The position numbers were made by a program, and so were the translations under genes. Shown here piece after piece: positions 30,443-43,760 of a DNA stretch of 64,000 nucleotides. Origin of the DNA: the human T2T-CHM13v2.0 reference genome, Homo sapiens; assembly GCF_009914755.1 (NCBI RefSeq), contig NC_060934.1; one strand, given 5' to 3'. The notes beneath the pieces were generated by a model. That model worked only from the letters and a program-made list of their open reading frames with translations. It was not told where the DNA came from and did not search any database. Each line of letters starts with the position of its first letter. Position 1 is the first letter of the stretch.

Positions 30443-33400
30443 GTATTTTTAAAGTGTACTGAGATTTGCTGTGACTTAGGTCCTAGTAGCACGCAGCAAA
30501 TAAGGAAGCCAAGCCCCCCATCCTTGAAGAAGTCTGTCTGCTAAGAAGTCAGGTATGAAACATCAACCACAATACTTTCTTGGAGGTGCTACACTGAAAG
30601 TGTGACAAGACGCATTGGGAGCACAAAGTGAAAACATGTCTCCTAGGAATTCAGTAAGGCATCTCAGGGGAGGTCACATTTACTTTGGATGTGAACTGTA
30701 ATGCACTATTCACAATTTTAAAGTTATTATTATTATTTTGTTTCCTTAACTATTCTTCTATTGGAATACAAAGATGGAGACATTTCTAAAGCAACTGCAA
30801 CTCAGTTGGGAGTCAAATACAAAACCCCACAATGGTGGTGACAGTGGTGATAAAGCCCATTTAATACATCTCCCATCCAGATCCCCCTCCTCCAAATTTT
30901 TATATGTATAAACAGTGCTAAATTTACATAAAGAAGTGTGTCTGTGATATGTCACGTTGACATAGAGACAATGGGGACACTAAAAGTCCCTGCGAAAAGG
31001 AAGTAGTCACCTCCCACTGTGTTGATTTCCACATTGACATGCAGTGCTGTGCACACTACATTTCCTGGCTTTATAAAAGTACATGAGGAGAATCCCGATA
31101 CCTTTCTTTGTATTATTTTTATCTATAGACATCCAAATCATGGTCAATGCCAGTGTGATTTATCTGGGTCCATAGAATTACACTGCACAGGCTAAAAGCC
31201 TAAGTTCTGAGTAGTAGAGAAATAAAGGGATCAGAAGAGAAATCACTAGGAAACGCTGCCTAGACCCCATGAATCTGAGCAAGACCTTTTGGGCTGTAAT
31301 GAACATATAGTCACAGAGATAGGCTAGCATGGACAAAAGCAAGTCCTTGGGGGTTAGAGAAAGCAGATTAGCATCCCTGGAACAGAAGGCCTGGCTTGCT
31401 GCGAAGTAAGGAGAACTTAGATTAAAAAGATAAGGGCAGGAGGAGAGCAGATGGCAAATGGCCCATGGCTAGCGGAGGAGTGTGGTGGGATTGGTGAATT
31501 ACTACTCCGCAAGGCGTCACCTCTGCGTTCCTGCCCCAGGTGTGCCTCAGCCCATAGCACTTACTAAGTTGTAGTGAAGTGATCTGGTTAAACATCAATC
31601 CCTCCACTCTCTCTGCATCCTCAACTCTGATCTCCTGCAAGAATGGAGGTACTGCATCCTAGTACCTACTCAGAGCCTGGTGCAGTGTCTGTCAGTGAAT
31701 GCTGGTTGAGCCTGAGGCAGCATTCATTGATTCAGCCAACGGTAATGGAGGGTCAGCCCTGTAACAGCACTGTCCAAGCAGCTAAGGAAACTGTGGTGAA
31801 AGAGATCAAGTCTTGATTGTATGGAGCTTATACCAGGTAGGCACTAGGGTGCCATTCTAGATTCTTACGCACAGTGTGCGTGAAGGAACTGAGGAAGATT
31901 CCTTGATCTGAGTATAGGGAGCAGCCTGAAATTCCTGTCAGACATGCCAGCCTGCAGCTGCCGCCTTACTGCAGTGTGAATATATGAAGAGCCAGATCGG
32001 GCCTGACAAGAGGGAGAAGCCCAAGGCACAGAAGATCTGATGGCTAATCAGAGCTGAAAATGAAAAGCTTGCTAAGACTGGGAAAGATTATGTTTAAACA
32101 TTTAAATAGTAAGCTTTTCAATGGGAAAGTCCAGGGGAAAGTATAAATGTTTTTGCAGGGAAGAGGAAAAGTACTACTGCAAGTACTTTGACATCAAAAG
32201 GCATATTGAGGAGGCAAACACGAGGACTGGATGCGATAAGTTTCATAAACCAACTCCCCTGGCACGGGCTAAGTCAATTGTGAAGGCAATCTCAGGGGGA
32301 AGGATGACCTAGCTTGATTGAGAAAGCACACAAGCCCAGAAGATGTGAGTTCTGACTCAGGCTCTGACAGAACCTGGACTCAATCACCCAGCCTCACTGC
32401 TTGGTTCCCCGTGCCTCTGAAGGCTGCCCCTGGCCTCTGCAACCTTCCAGCATCACAGCAGGAGCATGACCCCTACCTTCAAGAGCTGGGGGAATGAGAG
32501 AATGTTCTTCCCGTCCTTTTAACCAGAGGCTACTAGAGCTGACAGGATTATCTAAACCACGAAGGACAGAGTTTGGGGATGGGAGGAAAGTGGGGAGGAA
32601 AAGGGAGAGAAGCAACCAACCCTACTTGAGGTGTGGCCTACCTGGGACCATGCGCAATGCCATGTGCAATTCATAGAATGAATAAGCCACATGCCTCTTC
32701 CAGTAAAAGATCTGGGAAGTTTGATCCAAAGAGGAAAAGCTAATTCATGTGCCTCAGAAGGCTTATAGGAAAATGGGGGGAAAGTTCTCTTTACCCAAGT
32801 CAAGAAAACAGACATGCATGCCCAACTTCCATTGCATCACTTGTCAGGAGAATTTGGGCAAACCTGTGGAAGAGGTTTTCTGAAGTACTTTCTCAAATCA
32901 GTAACTTTTGGTCATAAAAGAACTCAGAGGAACCACCTTGTTATTTTCTCAAACACCCCCAAGATGGAACTTTCTCATTGGTGAGTCAAGACCGGAACAT
33001 AAAGTGGCAAGGAAGAAAACACAGATTACTGATTTGTCCAGACACTCTGATGTAAGTTGACATGTGAGCACACATATGGCAGCTGGGGACATACTGATTC
33101 CCTTTTCTGATCTTCCCTGAGCTCCAGAAAATCTCCAGAGATTTTAAGGAGCTTCTATTAGGTGAATAGGAAGACACAATTCAAGAAAAGATTCATAGAG
33201 TTTGATTAAAAAAAAAAGAATCATGGTTTTAAGTTTCTGTAGTTATCCACAGAATGCTAACCTCAGCATATATCTGAATTATTAAACATCTGCTGTATCA
33301 GTGTGGTTCAGTTTCAAGAACTGATTGGGCTGAAAAACAAGCCATGCATGCAAAGAAGGTACAAAACCTTAGGATCCTAGAAATGAATATATGAATCCAC

Positions 33401-33770
33401 AAATTCTCATAAAGTTTCTGACCATGTGTCAAAACTCTAAGGAATGTTTGCATCTACTTACCTCTGTGAAAGTGCATTATCTTTCACGAAATGGCTAAAA
33501 TCCAAACTGAGAATTGAAATCAGGGTTGAAAATCTGGCATCTGAACTGAGATGTGCTCAGACTGAATGCATTCAGGAATTCTCAAAAAGAGTTCACCTTG
33601 CTACGTATATGTATATTTGATCAACATCAATTGACAACTAGCAAGAGGCTCATAATTCTATAGTTTGGTGTTAGTGAAATTGACTATTTCTAGAATAAAC
33701 GTTTTTTCTTGACCTCACCAGCCTATGCATACAAATCATTTCATACAGTGATAACCCAAGTTTCACTGGC

Positions 33771-34196
33771 TGTTGCAGGTAAGGGTCCCAGGGAAACAGT
33801 TTATTAAGGAGTGCTTTGGGGATCAATACCTGTGAAGGGAGAAGGACAAGTAGGATGAGACAGAGGGGGAAGTTAAGATGCGATGCAGTTTTCAGCAAAA
33901 ACATCAGCCAGTCCATGTGGAGCTCTGGATCTGGGGTTTAGAGTTGTCTCAAGTTAGAGCAAGAAGGTCAGGTCTTTCCAGTTTCATATTGATCATTCAG
34001 TACAAGTCATTCCTGGCAGGAGGTGTGATCTTCAGATCATGCAGGCTGTATTCTCTACTTGAGGCAAACCCCACAGGCTAACAGCTGAGGGCTATCTTCT
34101 GACAGCATTCCCAGCATCTTGGAAATAAGACTTTAATTCCTCAACAAGAATCTTCCTGAGTAGGAATCATGACAATGCATCAAAGCATCCACAACA
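33771..34196 (-). mobile_element. ERVL LTR (LTR16-like), 3' LTR of the adjacent provirus relic
   Basis: Minus strand begins TGTTGTGGATGC directly after an ERVL PPT-like CAAGGCGTGGAC and ends in CA; LTR16-like internal motifs. Confidence 0.7.
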
Positions 34197-36300
34197 GTCC
34201 ACGCCTTGTGGTGCTTGTATCCTCTTATAGGCTCTGGGAAACTTTCCTTCAAGGTACTAGTGAGCCTCTGTTCCTAGTGGGAACTTGTAAAAGGAAGAGT
34301 AGTGGGACAAATTATAGATCCTGATGCTAGAGCTGGCTTAAGGGTGACACTAACACTTATCTTCTCTCTCCTCTATTATCCATTGAAGATTTCCATCACT
34401 CTCAACAGGCACCTCTTCTGATCTCAGTGGCTTTCCTGGTGTTAAGACAAGTTGCTCATCCCTGAGGGGTCTGAACTTCCTGGTCATTATGCCCTTCACA
34501 GGCTACAGTCTATTTTCTTTAAAAATTGGAGAAGGAAGTGCTGAGAGGCGCCTAAGTAAATCTCTGAGGTTATACATGTATTCTTCCCTTCTTTGCATGT
34601 TAGAGTAGCCTTCCCTCTTCCTGGTGACCTTGATAATCAGGTTCAGTTATCCCTTCCAAGATGGCGACTCCTCTTTCTTGCCTGTGGTCCCCTTGGTGCA
34701 AGCTGTGTCCATGGATCAGCCACAGTTATGATTCAATGGGCTGTTGCTGTGTCACCTGTCAGAAGCATTCTCCCTTAAAAAATGAGTACCTCAAAACCCA
34801 CAGAGCTCAGTGTTTGGGGGATTCTCCAAGTAGGTCATTGGGAGTGATGGCTGGCAGAGACACTCCTATTTCCACTCCTTGGTTCCCGGACTCATGTATT
34901 TTACCCGTGTGAACACAGTGCCATATAAAGGTCTTTGCTTTAAGATGTATTCTGCCTCCTGGAGAATGGTGCTCCATCCTGACAAGGCATCACTTTTGAG
35001 CTGGTGTATTGGCTAAGCCCCAACAGTTCTGTCTATACCATTGCTTTATGTGGCTTGAAGCCCCAGGGTGTCATAGCATGTGCTAGAACCGTTCAGTGGA
35101 GTCCACGGGCATGCGCCCATTCTAACAACTCCTTTGCTGAAAAGTGGGCTCCTTGCCCTGATGTGATATTATACGGATCCCATGAAGGTGGATTTAACAC
35201 GATAGAAGCCCTTGAATAGTGGTGCTCACCAAAGTGCTAAGGGCAGGAAATGTGAACCCATGCCCAGGATATGGATATGTGCCCATTCAGGTTAAAATTA
35301 ATTGCTGCATCTTCCAGGGTGGAAGGTATCCAGTGTAGTGAATTTGCCAGAGTGTCCGGTTGGTCTCCTTGAGGTATAGGCTCTACTGGGACCCCAGTAT
35401 CACTCTCTGCTGCTAGAATGTTAGACATTTGGCAGTAGCAGTGGCTAGAAAAGCTTTGGTAAGCGGGAGCCAATACTGGTGGGCCCATGCATAGCTTCCA
35501 TACCTGCCACCATGGCTATTCTATTCAGCGCCGGCCCTGGAGTGGATGATGACAGGGACTGCTGTCAACTGGTTAGTCATTTTGTCTACCTGTATGTTTA
35601 GTGCCTCTCTTGTGGGTGTTAACATGTGATACAAAGACCTTCAACACTCCTGTAGTCCATGCACGTGTCTCTACTCCAGACCTCCTTGTGGCCAATCTGC
35701 CAATCTGTCTCCTACTAGGCCCCTGCCCATTTGGTCAAGCCATTTGGTACTGCCCATAAGTCTGCATATATCACGACCCCAGGCCACTTCTCTTTCAAAA
35801 CAAAGTGTATGACCAGGGACACCACCATCCACACTGTCTTTTAAGACCACCCTTGAATGGGACTGTAGCACAGTTCCCATTCATTTTCAGCTTGCACGGA
35901 TGTACAGAGCTGGCCCATCCATGAAGCAAGCTTGAGCTCCTTCCTCTTAGTCAGCTAATCATAAGGGTCTTACATATGGCTGTGGGTGTGAGCTGAGAGG
36001 GAAGTGCTGGTACAGTAATAGTGGATGGCTATTGTGCAGCTTGACTGTGCCCTCTGGTCCTGCTTAGGCCTAATCCCAGATGTACCAGTCCAGTCTTACA
36101 ATGGATTGTTCCAGGGCCTATCCAATGACATGACATAGTGGTTTCGACAGAACCCAGCTCCTGATGGGCTGCTTTGGCCACATGGTCACTTTGTGTCCCA
36201 TGGTCAGATACTGTGTCTCTATGAGGTCCCCATAGCATGCCAGAACTGTTGTTCAAAGTTGTATAATTCTCGCTGTGGATGGCATAATTTTGTTCCAGGC
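34197..36300 (-). mobile_element. ERVL internal relic (pol RNaseH/integrase plus dUTPase)
   Basis: Degenerate minus-strand translations resemble ERVL integrase (IPQGDQP near 35370) and dUTPase motif III (GVAILEGITEPDYQG near 34626-34672); many stops and frameshifts. Confidence 0.8.
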
Positions 36301-36891
36301 TTGTTAGTGATTAAACAAATTCAATAAATCATCTCCAAATGAAGACAGTAAAGTTTTTACACTTACTTTTCAAAACCACAATTTTCTCATCATTTTAAAA
36401 AAGCTACATCATATAGTAAGAGTATTCAATGTGACTTTGGGACTTTTAGACATGATTTTTTTAAAAAAGGTCTACTCACACCAATCTTTGCTTATTTATA
36501 TCAAATCCACAAATACAGCAGGATGAAATGAACAAATAAAAAAACTTAGGAGTAAGTTAAAAATATGGCTTGGAAAAATAACACAGGGCCAAGTTAAAGT
36601 TAGCAGACAAAAGCACAGGGCCAGAATTCCCAACCAGTTGCTGGATCTGCACTGTAAACTCCATTCTGGGTCCTGCTGTGACTGTTGCCAAGACATCATG
36701 ACTCAGCACTCTCCCTGAGACCCACCACATGCAACGCAAGGAGACAGGTTACCCCATCACCCATTTCATGCACACACCAGGATGCAGATGCACTCAGTGA
36801 AAAGAGGGCTGAGCTTTCTGCATTTGGAAAACTGCCTGAGATGGTGGGGGTGTGTGAAGATAGCCTAGGCAGTGTAACTCAATTTAGTTAA

Positions 36892-37702
<811 letters not shown>

Positions 37703-38305
37703 AGTCCAGATTTAAAATTGGTTGCTGCTGGAAAACCATCTTCTTAGAATCTGTTCATCTTTAGCAAATTGCTGATCCCTAAGTAATGACCCCTGTAAGA
37801 GTTAAGTAATGTCAGCAGGATACTTGTTTCAAGCACCATTCCATCCATGAACAGAGCCAGCATTTGCAAGTATGTTCTTTGCTTCCTGTGTCAAAATATG
37901 AAGCTTTCATGAATGCTCCAGAGATTATATCTGAAAACAGATTTACTCCAGACATCTAGTCTAGCACATGCGGCCCAACTTAATGTCCTATAGAGATAAT
38001 AAAGAGTTGAAAGAATAAAACTGTTCATTTTATACACATAGGTAAGAAACCATATCTCCACTCATTTTCAGAGCATCTTTGACTTTCCAGAAGCAACTTT
38101 CTTTTAGGCTGGGTGGTTTAAATACAGTTTGAAAATAATGTGAATTTTCACACTGTGTTCTCATATAAGGCCCCTGAAAATTTTTCTTCTCTGAAAATAC
38201 AATATTGACTCTTTTATGGCCAAATTAAGCTACAACAAATAAGGTACGATTCTATTTTCCTTTTCACTGTAAACAGTCTCTATTGTTTAAAATAATATGG
38301 TCCTC

Positions 38306-38583
<278 letters not shown>

Positions 38584-39204
38584 TCATAAACCTATTGCTG
38601 AGAAATTTGCCACTGGCTATTAAGCCAATCCTTGGAAAACTAATTGTAAACAAAGTGTTTTGGATCTTGCTACACAGCTGCTCAACTCTTCTATTTGAGA
38701 ATGAAGTGTAATGAAATTACAACTTAAACTTATTGAGAGGAAGAGCTCAGTAATGCTGTTGAAGACTTGGAATCCTTCTAGCTGGAAAAGCAACAAATAG
38801 CCAAGGCGCAGAAGGCTTCACTCAAGCTCAAAGGCAGCAAGCAGAGAAAACCTAGTCCCTCGGGCTATCAGCCACTGTGATCCCTCTCCATTAATACACC
38901 AGGCTTAATTAGTTAAATTAACCTATTAGAGGTTGGATATTTATTTTTTAATTAACCAATTATTAGCAATTTAAATAAAATTTATATCTACCATGAGAAT
39001 TCTACGTGCCTATAAGAGCTTTTAACGTCTTAACAAGACTGTAAATTAGAAACTATTATCTCTATGTACAAATAAAGTACCTGGGCACAGAGATGCTAAG
39101 GAAGTCCTCCAAAGTCATACAGCTAAGTAGTGCCAGAGCTGGATTTAAACTCAGGTGACACTATAGAGTACCCCCAATGCCTCCTTAATCTACATCTTCA
39201 ATCC

Positions 39205-39468
39205 TTTTTTTTTTTTTTGAGGTGGAATCTGGCTCTGTTGCCCAGGCTGGAGTGCAATGGTGTAATCTTGGCTCACTGCAGCCTCTACATCCCAGGTTAA
39301 AGTGATTCTCCTTCCTCAGTCTCCCAAGCAGCTGGGACTATAGACTCATGCCACCATGCCTGGCTAATTTTTGTACTTTTAGTAGAGATGGGGTTTCACC
39401 ATGTTGGCCAGGCTGGTGTTGAACCCCTGACCTCAGCTGATCTATCTGCCTATCTGCCTCGGCCTCCC
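39205..39468 (-). mobile_element. Alu (AluS-like, 5' truncated)
   Basis: Poly-T followed by antisense Alu ending at CTCGGCCTCCC. Confidence 0.9.
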
Positions 39469-40002
39469 TCAATGCTCTGTTTGTCAAAAACAACAATTTG
39501 TCACATGGCATAACAAAGAAATCAAGGGGAAGGAGTAGACCTTCATTATGGCAAATTAATCTTGTGCAGATCCCTTGATCCCAGCTCCTTCTATCTCTCA
39601 GAGCCTAGGAGGAGTTACGGAGAAACGGTGCGGCAAAGTTAACACTGAGCTTCATCGATATCCTCCAGCTGCAAATGTTACTAGATGCTTCTTCAACAAA
39701 CTACCTGCCTGAGGACAGTGCACATGAACACATCATAGGCTCTGTAAAATCCTCTGGCAAAGAAACCTGTTTGCCCGAGGATCCCTTTTTGAGGAGCATC
39801 TACTTGACACTCATTTGGAAGAAGGCAGTTTCAAAATCACCGAGGTGCAGAATATCACAAAATAATAAATTTGAAACCACAGCCCCTTGGTACCAGGCAG
39901 TTCCCACTGGTACTCGGAGTGGAGCCGTCACAGCTTGTCCTGGCATCCCAAACAGAAAATGTATGTATGGATTTCTCACTAACTTAAGAGGAGTCTGACT
40001 AT

Positions 40003-40560
40003 TCATTGGCTCAACAAGTATTTATGGGGCATGAGGAGTCAGGCACAGTGCTGGCTCACGAAACTTACAGTCCGGTGGGGAGGGTGAATTTTGCCCGGTT
40101 GTACATTTGATGAGTATTACAAAAGAGAAGATGAAAGAGCTACAGGATCCTGTAACTGGAGGACCTGATCTGGCCCAGGCACCAGGGAAGTGACATTTCA
40201 CCTGAGGCCAGAGGAATAAGTGGGAGGGGAATGGGCTGGGGGTGGGCTATGCAGGGAGACCTATGTGGGCAAAGGGCCTTTCTCCTGGTAAGTTTCTACT
40301 CACCCAGCCTCCACCTGGACATCCTCCCTCCCTTCCTCCCTCCCCAGGAGCTGGGCTGAGGGCCGCCCTACTGCTATCCATGGCACTTGTCACCCAGAGC
40401 CCTGGTGAACTGTTTGCTTGTATGCAGCACCCCTCACCACATGAAGAGCATCTCAAGGGCTAGGAGTCTCGTTTCTTGTATCCCTGGTCCACCGCCTGAT
40501 CTCCAGCACACATGAGGTATCCATCAAAATGTTAGCGAAAGGAAAGGAGGAAGGGAGGGA
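40003..40560. mobile_element. Two opposed L2 fragments
   Basis: L2 motifs: TCAACAAGTATTTAT...GGCACAGTGCTGG (minus) and ...TGTATCCCTGG...CAGCACA with a purine-rich tail (plus). Confidence 0.5.
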
Positions 40561-40969
40561 GGGAGGAAAAGAGGGAACAAAGTAATTAACGAATCCCTAG
40601 CTGCAGGCACAGGTTGATTCTCTGCAATGTCTCCTTTTCTGTCACAGAGAAAAAGAGCACAGTTAGAGTTCACAGGGACCGCGCCCTGCCACACATTAAT
40701 TTATTCTCCAAACATTTGTGGAAGTTGCTAGAGACACAGATGCAACGTGTTTTCAGGGAGCTTATGATCTAGCAGTGGAAGCGCAACAGAAGTGCAATTC
40801 TTTCATCCTTTTGCCCACATAAAGCAGGCAAGGCACGACGAATTTTGATGTCAACTGCCCAGGCAGGACTTTGTCCCAGCCCAGCGACCCTCACGAGGCC
40901 AAGGGCAGAGATGATAGTTGCAATATACTCTTCTGTCCATTTCCTTGATATTCTCCTCAAGGGGTGGGG

Positions 40970-41940
40970 GGCGCCTGAAATCCATCTGCCCCGGGGAGAA
41001 GGGCCTCGTGGGCCAGCGCAGCTTGCTCCTCTGCAGACCCAGAAGCATTTGTGCGTCCCGGGCGTGGCAGGCCCGGCGCCCACTCCGCCCTCCCGCCCCT
41101 CCCCCGCGCCACGTCACCCGGGTCACGTGAGTGACCAGGCTCCTCACCCCAACCCCCCTCCCTACTCCCGCCAGACTCAGCTGCTCTCCCCGGGAGCTGG
41201 GGAGCCGGGGGCGGGCAGCCGCGTCTGTCCTGCCCCTCCTCGCCCCCTCCCCCGCAGCCTGAGGAGGGCGTTAAGCAAGGGGCTTCGGAGAAATTAGAAC
41301 CAGCGTTCTAAATTAAGGGGAGCAGATGTCCTTGTTTTGCTCGCGAGGCCTGGGTGGCCTGCTGTTCAGACAGAAATCGTTGAGGCGCTGACCTTCCGGG
41401 ACTGCTGTCAATCTCCGCGTGCAGATGGCCAGCCCGGAGCCTCGCCGCTCCCCTGCATTGGAAATGCGGCAGCCGGGGGTGCCGGCAGCTTGAGAGAAAA
41501 GTCTGCGTGGAGGGGGGGTGGGGGGGATGAGGGGAGGCCCGGGGAGACAGAGGGCAGGAGAAAAAGGCCGGCCCCGCTCACAATGGAGCCCCTGTGGCGG
41601 CCCCTCCGAGACAATGCGGTCCCCCGGGACCCGCGGTGGGTTGCGCCAGGCCAGTCCGCGCTCCAGCTGCCTCTTCAGAACAAGGCAGTGCAAATGTGCC
41701 CACTTGATTCTAAATCCTCTTAGGCGCTGTCCATGTGAACAAGGAAAGGGGTGGCCCTACGATCCTTTACAATCGGAGGCCTGGGGAGGCCTGGGAGCCC
41801 TGGAGCTCCGGAAAATGTCTGCACCACGCATGCAAATGGGTCATTTCGCTTGGAGAGAGGCATCTGGCGACATCGGCAGAAAGGCTCTCTGCCCGGTAGA
41901 CGGTGAACAAAACCCACAAAACCAGCCAGCCAACAGCGTG
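40970..41940. promoter_or_regulatory. CpG island / probable promoter or strong enhancer
   Basis: Only extended GC- and CpG-rich non-repeat stretch in the window; GC boxes at 41060-41068, 41085-41090 and 41092-41099; GCCACGTCA at 41108-41116; GGTCACGTGA at 41121-41130. Confidence 0.85.
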
Positions 41941-42629
41941 CACTAAACACCCCTCTCTGGCCCTTCAATGCCACCCGGAGTCCTGAAACATTTTCAGGTT
42001 GTTTCCCCTGGAGAGACGTCCCATGAAATGTTCAGAAAAGCCAGCTGAGCTGTGCAAAGTCATTAGTCACCCAGGTATTTACACTGTTTTTCCTATTTCC
42101 TTTCTCTTTTGGCCTCTGTGGTCAGTGGTATAAAATTCCTAGGAACTCCCACCTAAACACCAGCTTCCTGTTTATTCTTGCAGTGGCTTTAATGTTTCGC
42201 TGTTAAAAGCGGTTGACCAAGACACTGAAACAATCAGTAGAGGTTCGCAGGTGAATGGAAAAAAAAATTTAATTAAAAAATATATCTACTGCTCAGGTCA
42301 AAGGTCCAGGTTCATTTTTACTGCTTATGTCAGAATCGCAAAGGGGAAAAGGTAAAATTAAAATGTAACTTAATGCCTAAGATCTTGGTTCAGTTTCATT
42401 TGGCCCCTGTGTCTACATGAACCTATAAAATACGATACACTAAAGTATGAATGTTTTCATTTCTAGCAGTGGAAGGCCTTTTTTTTTTCAATGTGGCATG
42501 ACGTTCTTTTGTTAGAGAAGGTTAAAGTTCAAAAGTTCATATATTAGCACAATCTGTGTGCTCCTGCGTGTGCCTTACACCTCGCTATGCCTGTTCCGCC
42601 TTAATTTCCTGCAGCAAAACCTTGCATTT

Positions 42630-43760
42630 ACAGAGCCATCAGAATTGCAGCCTCCCTGGCCTGGAAAAGAACCCTCGAAGTCACCTCATTCAACCCTTTT
42701 CCAATACTGAATTCCCTGTATGGCCCCTAGGGAGTGTTAGTGATGGGACCCTTTCTACCTCAGATTTTATAAATTTATTTTTTAGAGACAAGGATCCACT
42801 CTCTCGCCCAGGCTGGAGTGCAGTAGTACCATCACAGCTCACTGCAGTCTCTAACTCCTGGGCTCAAGTGGATCCTCCCACCTCAGCCTATGAGTAGCTG
42901 GGACTACAGGCATGTGCCACCATACCTGGCTAATTTTTTAAATTTTTTGCAGAGATGGGTTCTTGCTATGTTGCCCAGGCTGTTTGTTTGTTTGTTTGTT
43001 TGTTTTTAAGAGGGAGTCTTGCTCTGTCACCCAGGCTGGAGTGCAGTGGTGAGATCTCGGCTCACTGAAAGCACCGCCTCTCAGGTTCCAGCTATTCTCC
43101 TGCCTCAGCCTTCCAAGTAGCTGGGACTACAGGTGTGTGCCACCACGCCTGGCTAATTTTTGTGTTTTTAGTAGAGACGGGATTTCACCACCTTGGCCAG
43201 GCTGGTCTCGAATTGATCCACCCGCTTAGGCCTCCCCAAGTGCTGAGATTACAGGTGTAAGCCACTGCGCCCAGCCCCAGGCTAGTTTTGAACTCCTGGC
43301 TTCCAGTGATTCTCCTGCCTCAGTCTCCCAAAGTGCTGGGATTACAGGTGGGAGCCACCGTGCCTGGGTAACAATCTTATTTTTCATAAATGTCTTCTAT
43401 CTATAAAACCAAAATATGTCTCCACTTATGGAGTCATGCGGAATAAATCTAATTTCTTTTGCACATGATATTACCCTACAAATGTTTTGGAGATAGCTCT
43501 GCTGTCCCCACACAGTCTTCTCCCTGCTAAACATCCTGAGATCCTGCAGCAATTTCTCTCATGGGTGTGAGCCTCTCGCATCACCCTGAGTTATCTAGCG
43601 ATGCTCTAGTTAGTGTAAATCCTTTAGAAACTAAAGACAGAAATTCAACTCATGCCGAAACTCAGCTTCTTAGGCAGCATGGGGGAACATGGGTTAAAAC
43701 CAAAAGACAGATCGGTCGGACCATGTTTGAGTTACTCAGACAAAACTACATTTCAGTTTC
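42630..43760 (-). mobile_element. L3/CR1-like fragment interrupted by nested Alus
   Basis: GTCTTCTCCCTGCTAAACATCCTGAG motif resembling L3. Confidence 0.45.
42773..43368 (-). mobile_element. Nested Alus: AluS (42983-43276) inside AluJ
   Basis: AluJ interrupted at CCAGGCT, duplicated at 42975-42981 and 43277-43283; the inner Alu has a (TTTG)n tail. Confidence 0.9.

Noticed and set aside
40322-40562. 17-bp inverted match between a pyrimidine tract and a purine tract
   Set aside because: Low-complexity (GGGA)n sequence, partly an L2 tail; chance match likely.
40769-41974. Many overlapping 70-150-aa ORFs in the CpG island
   Set aside because: Explained by stop-codon scarcity in GC-rich DNA; no domain signature.
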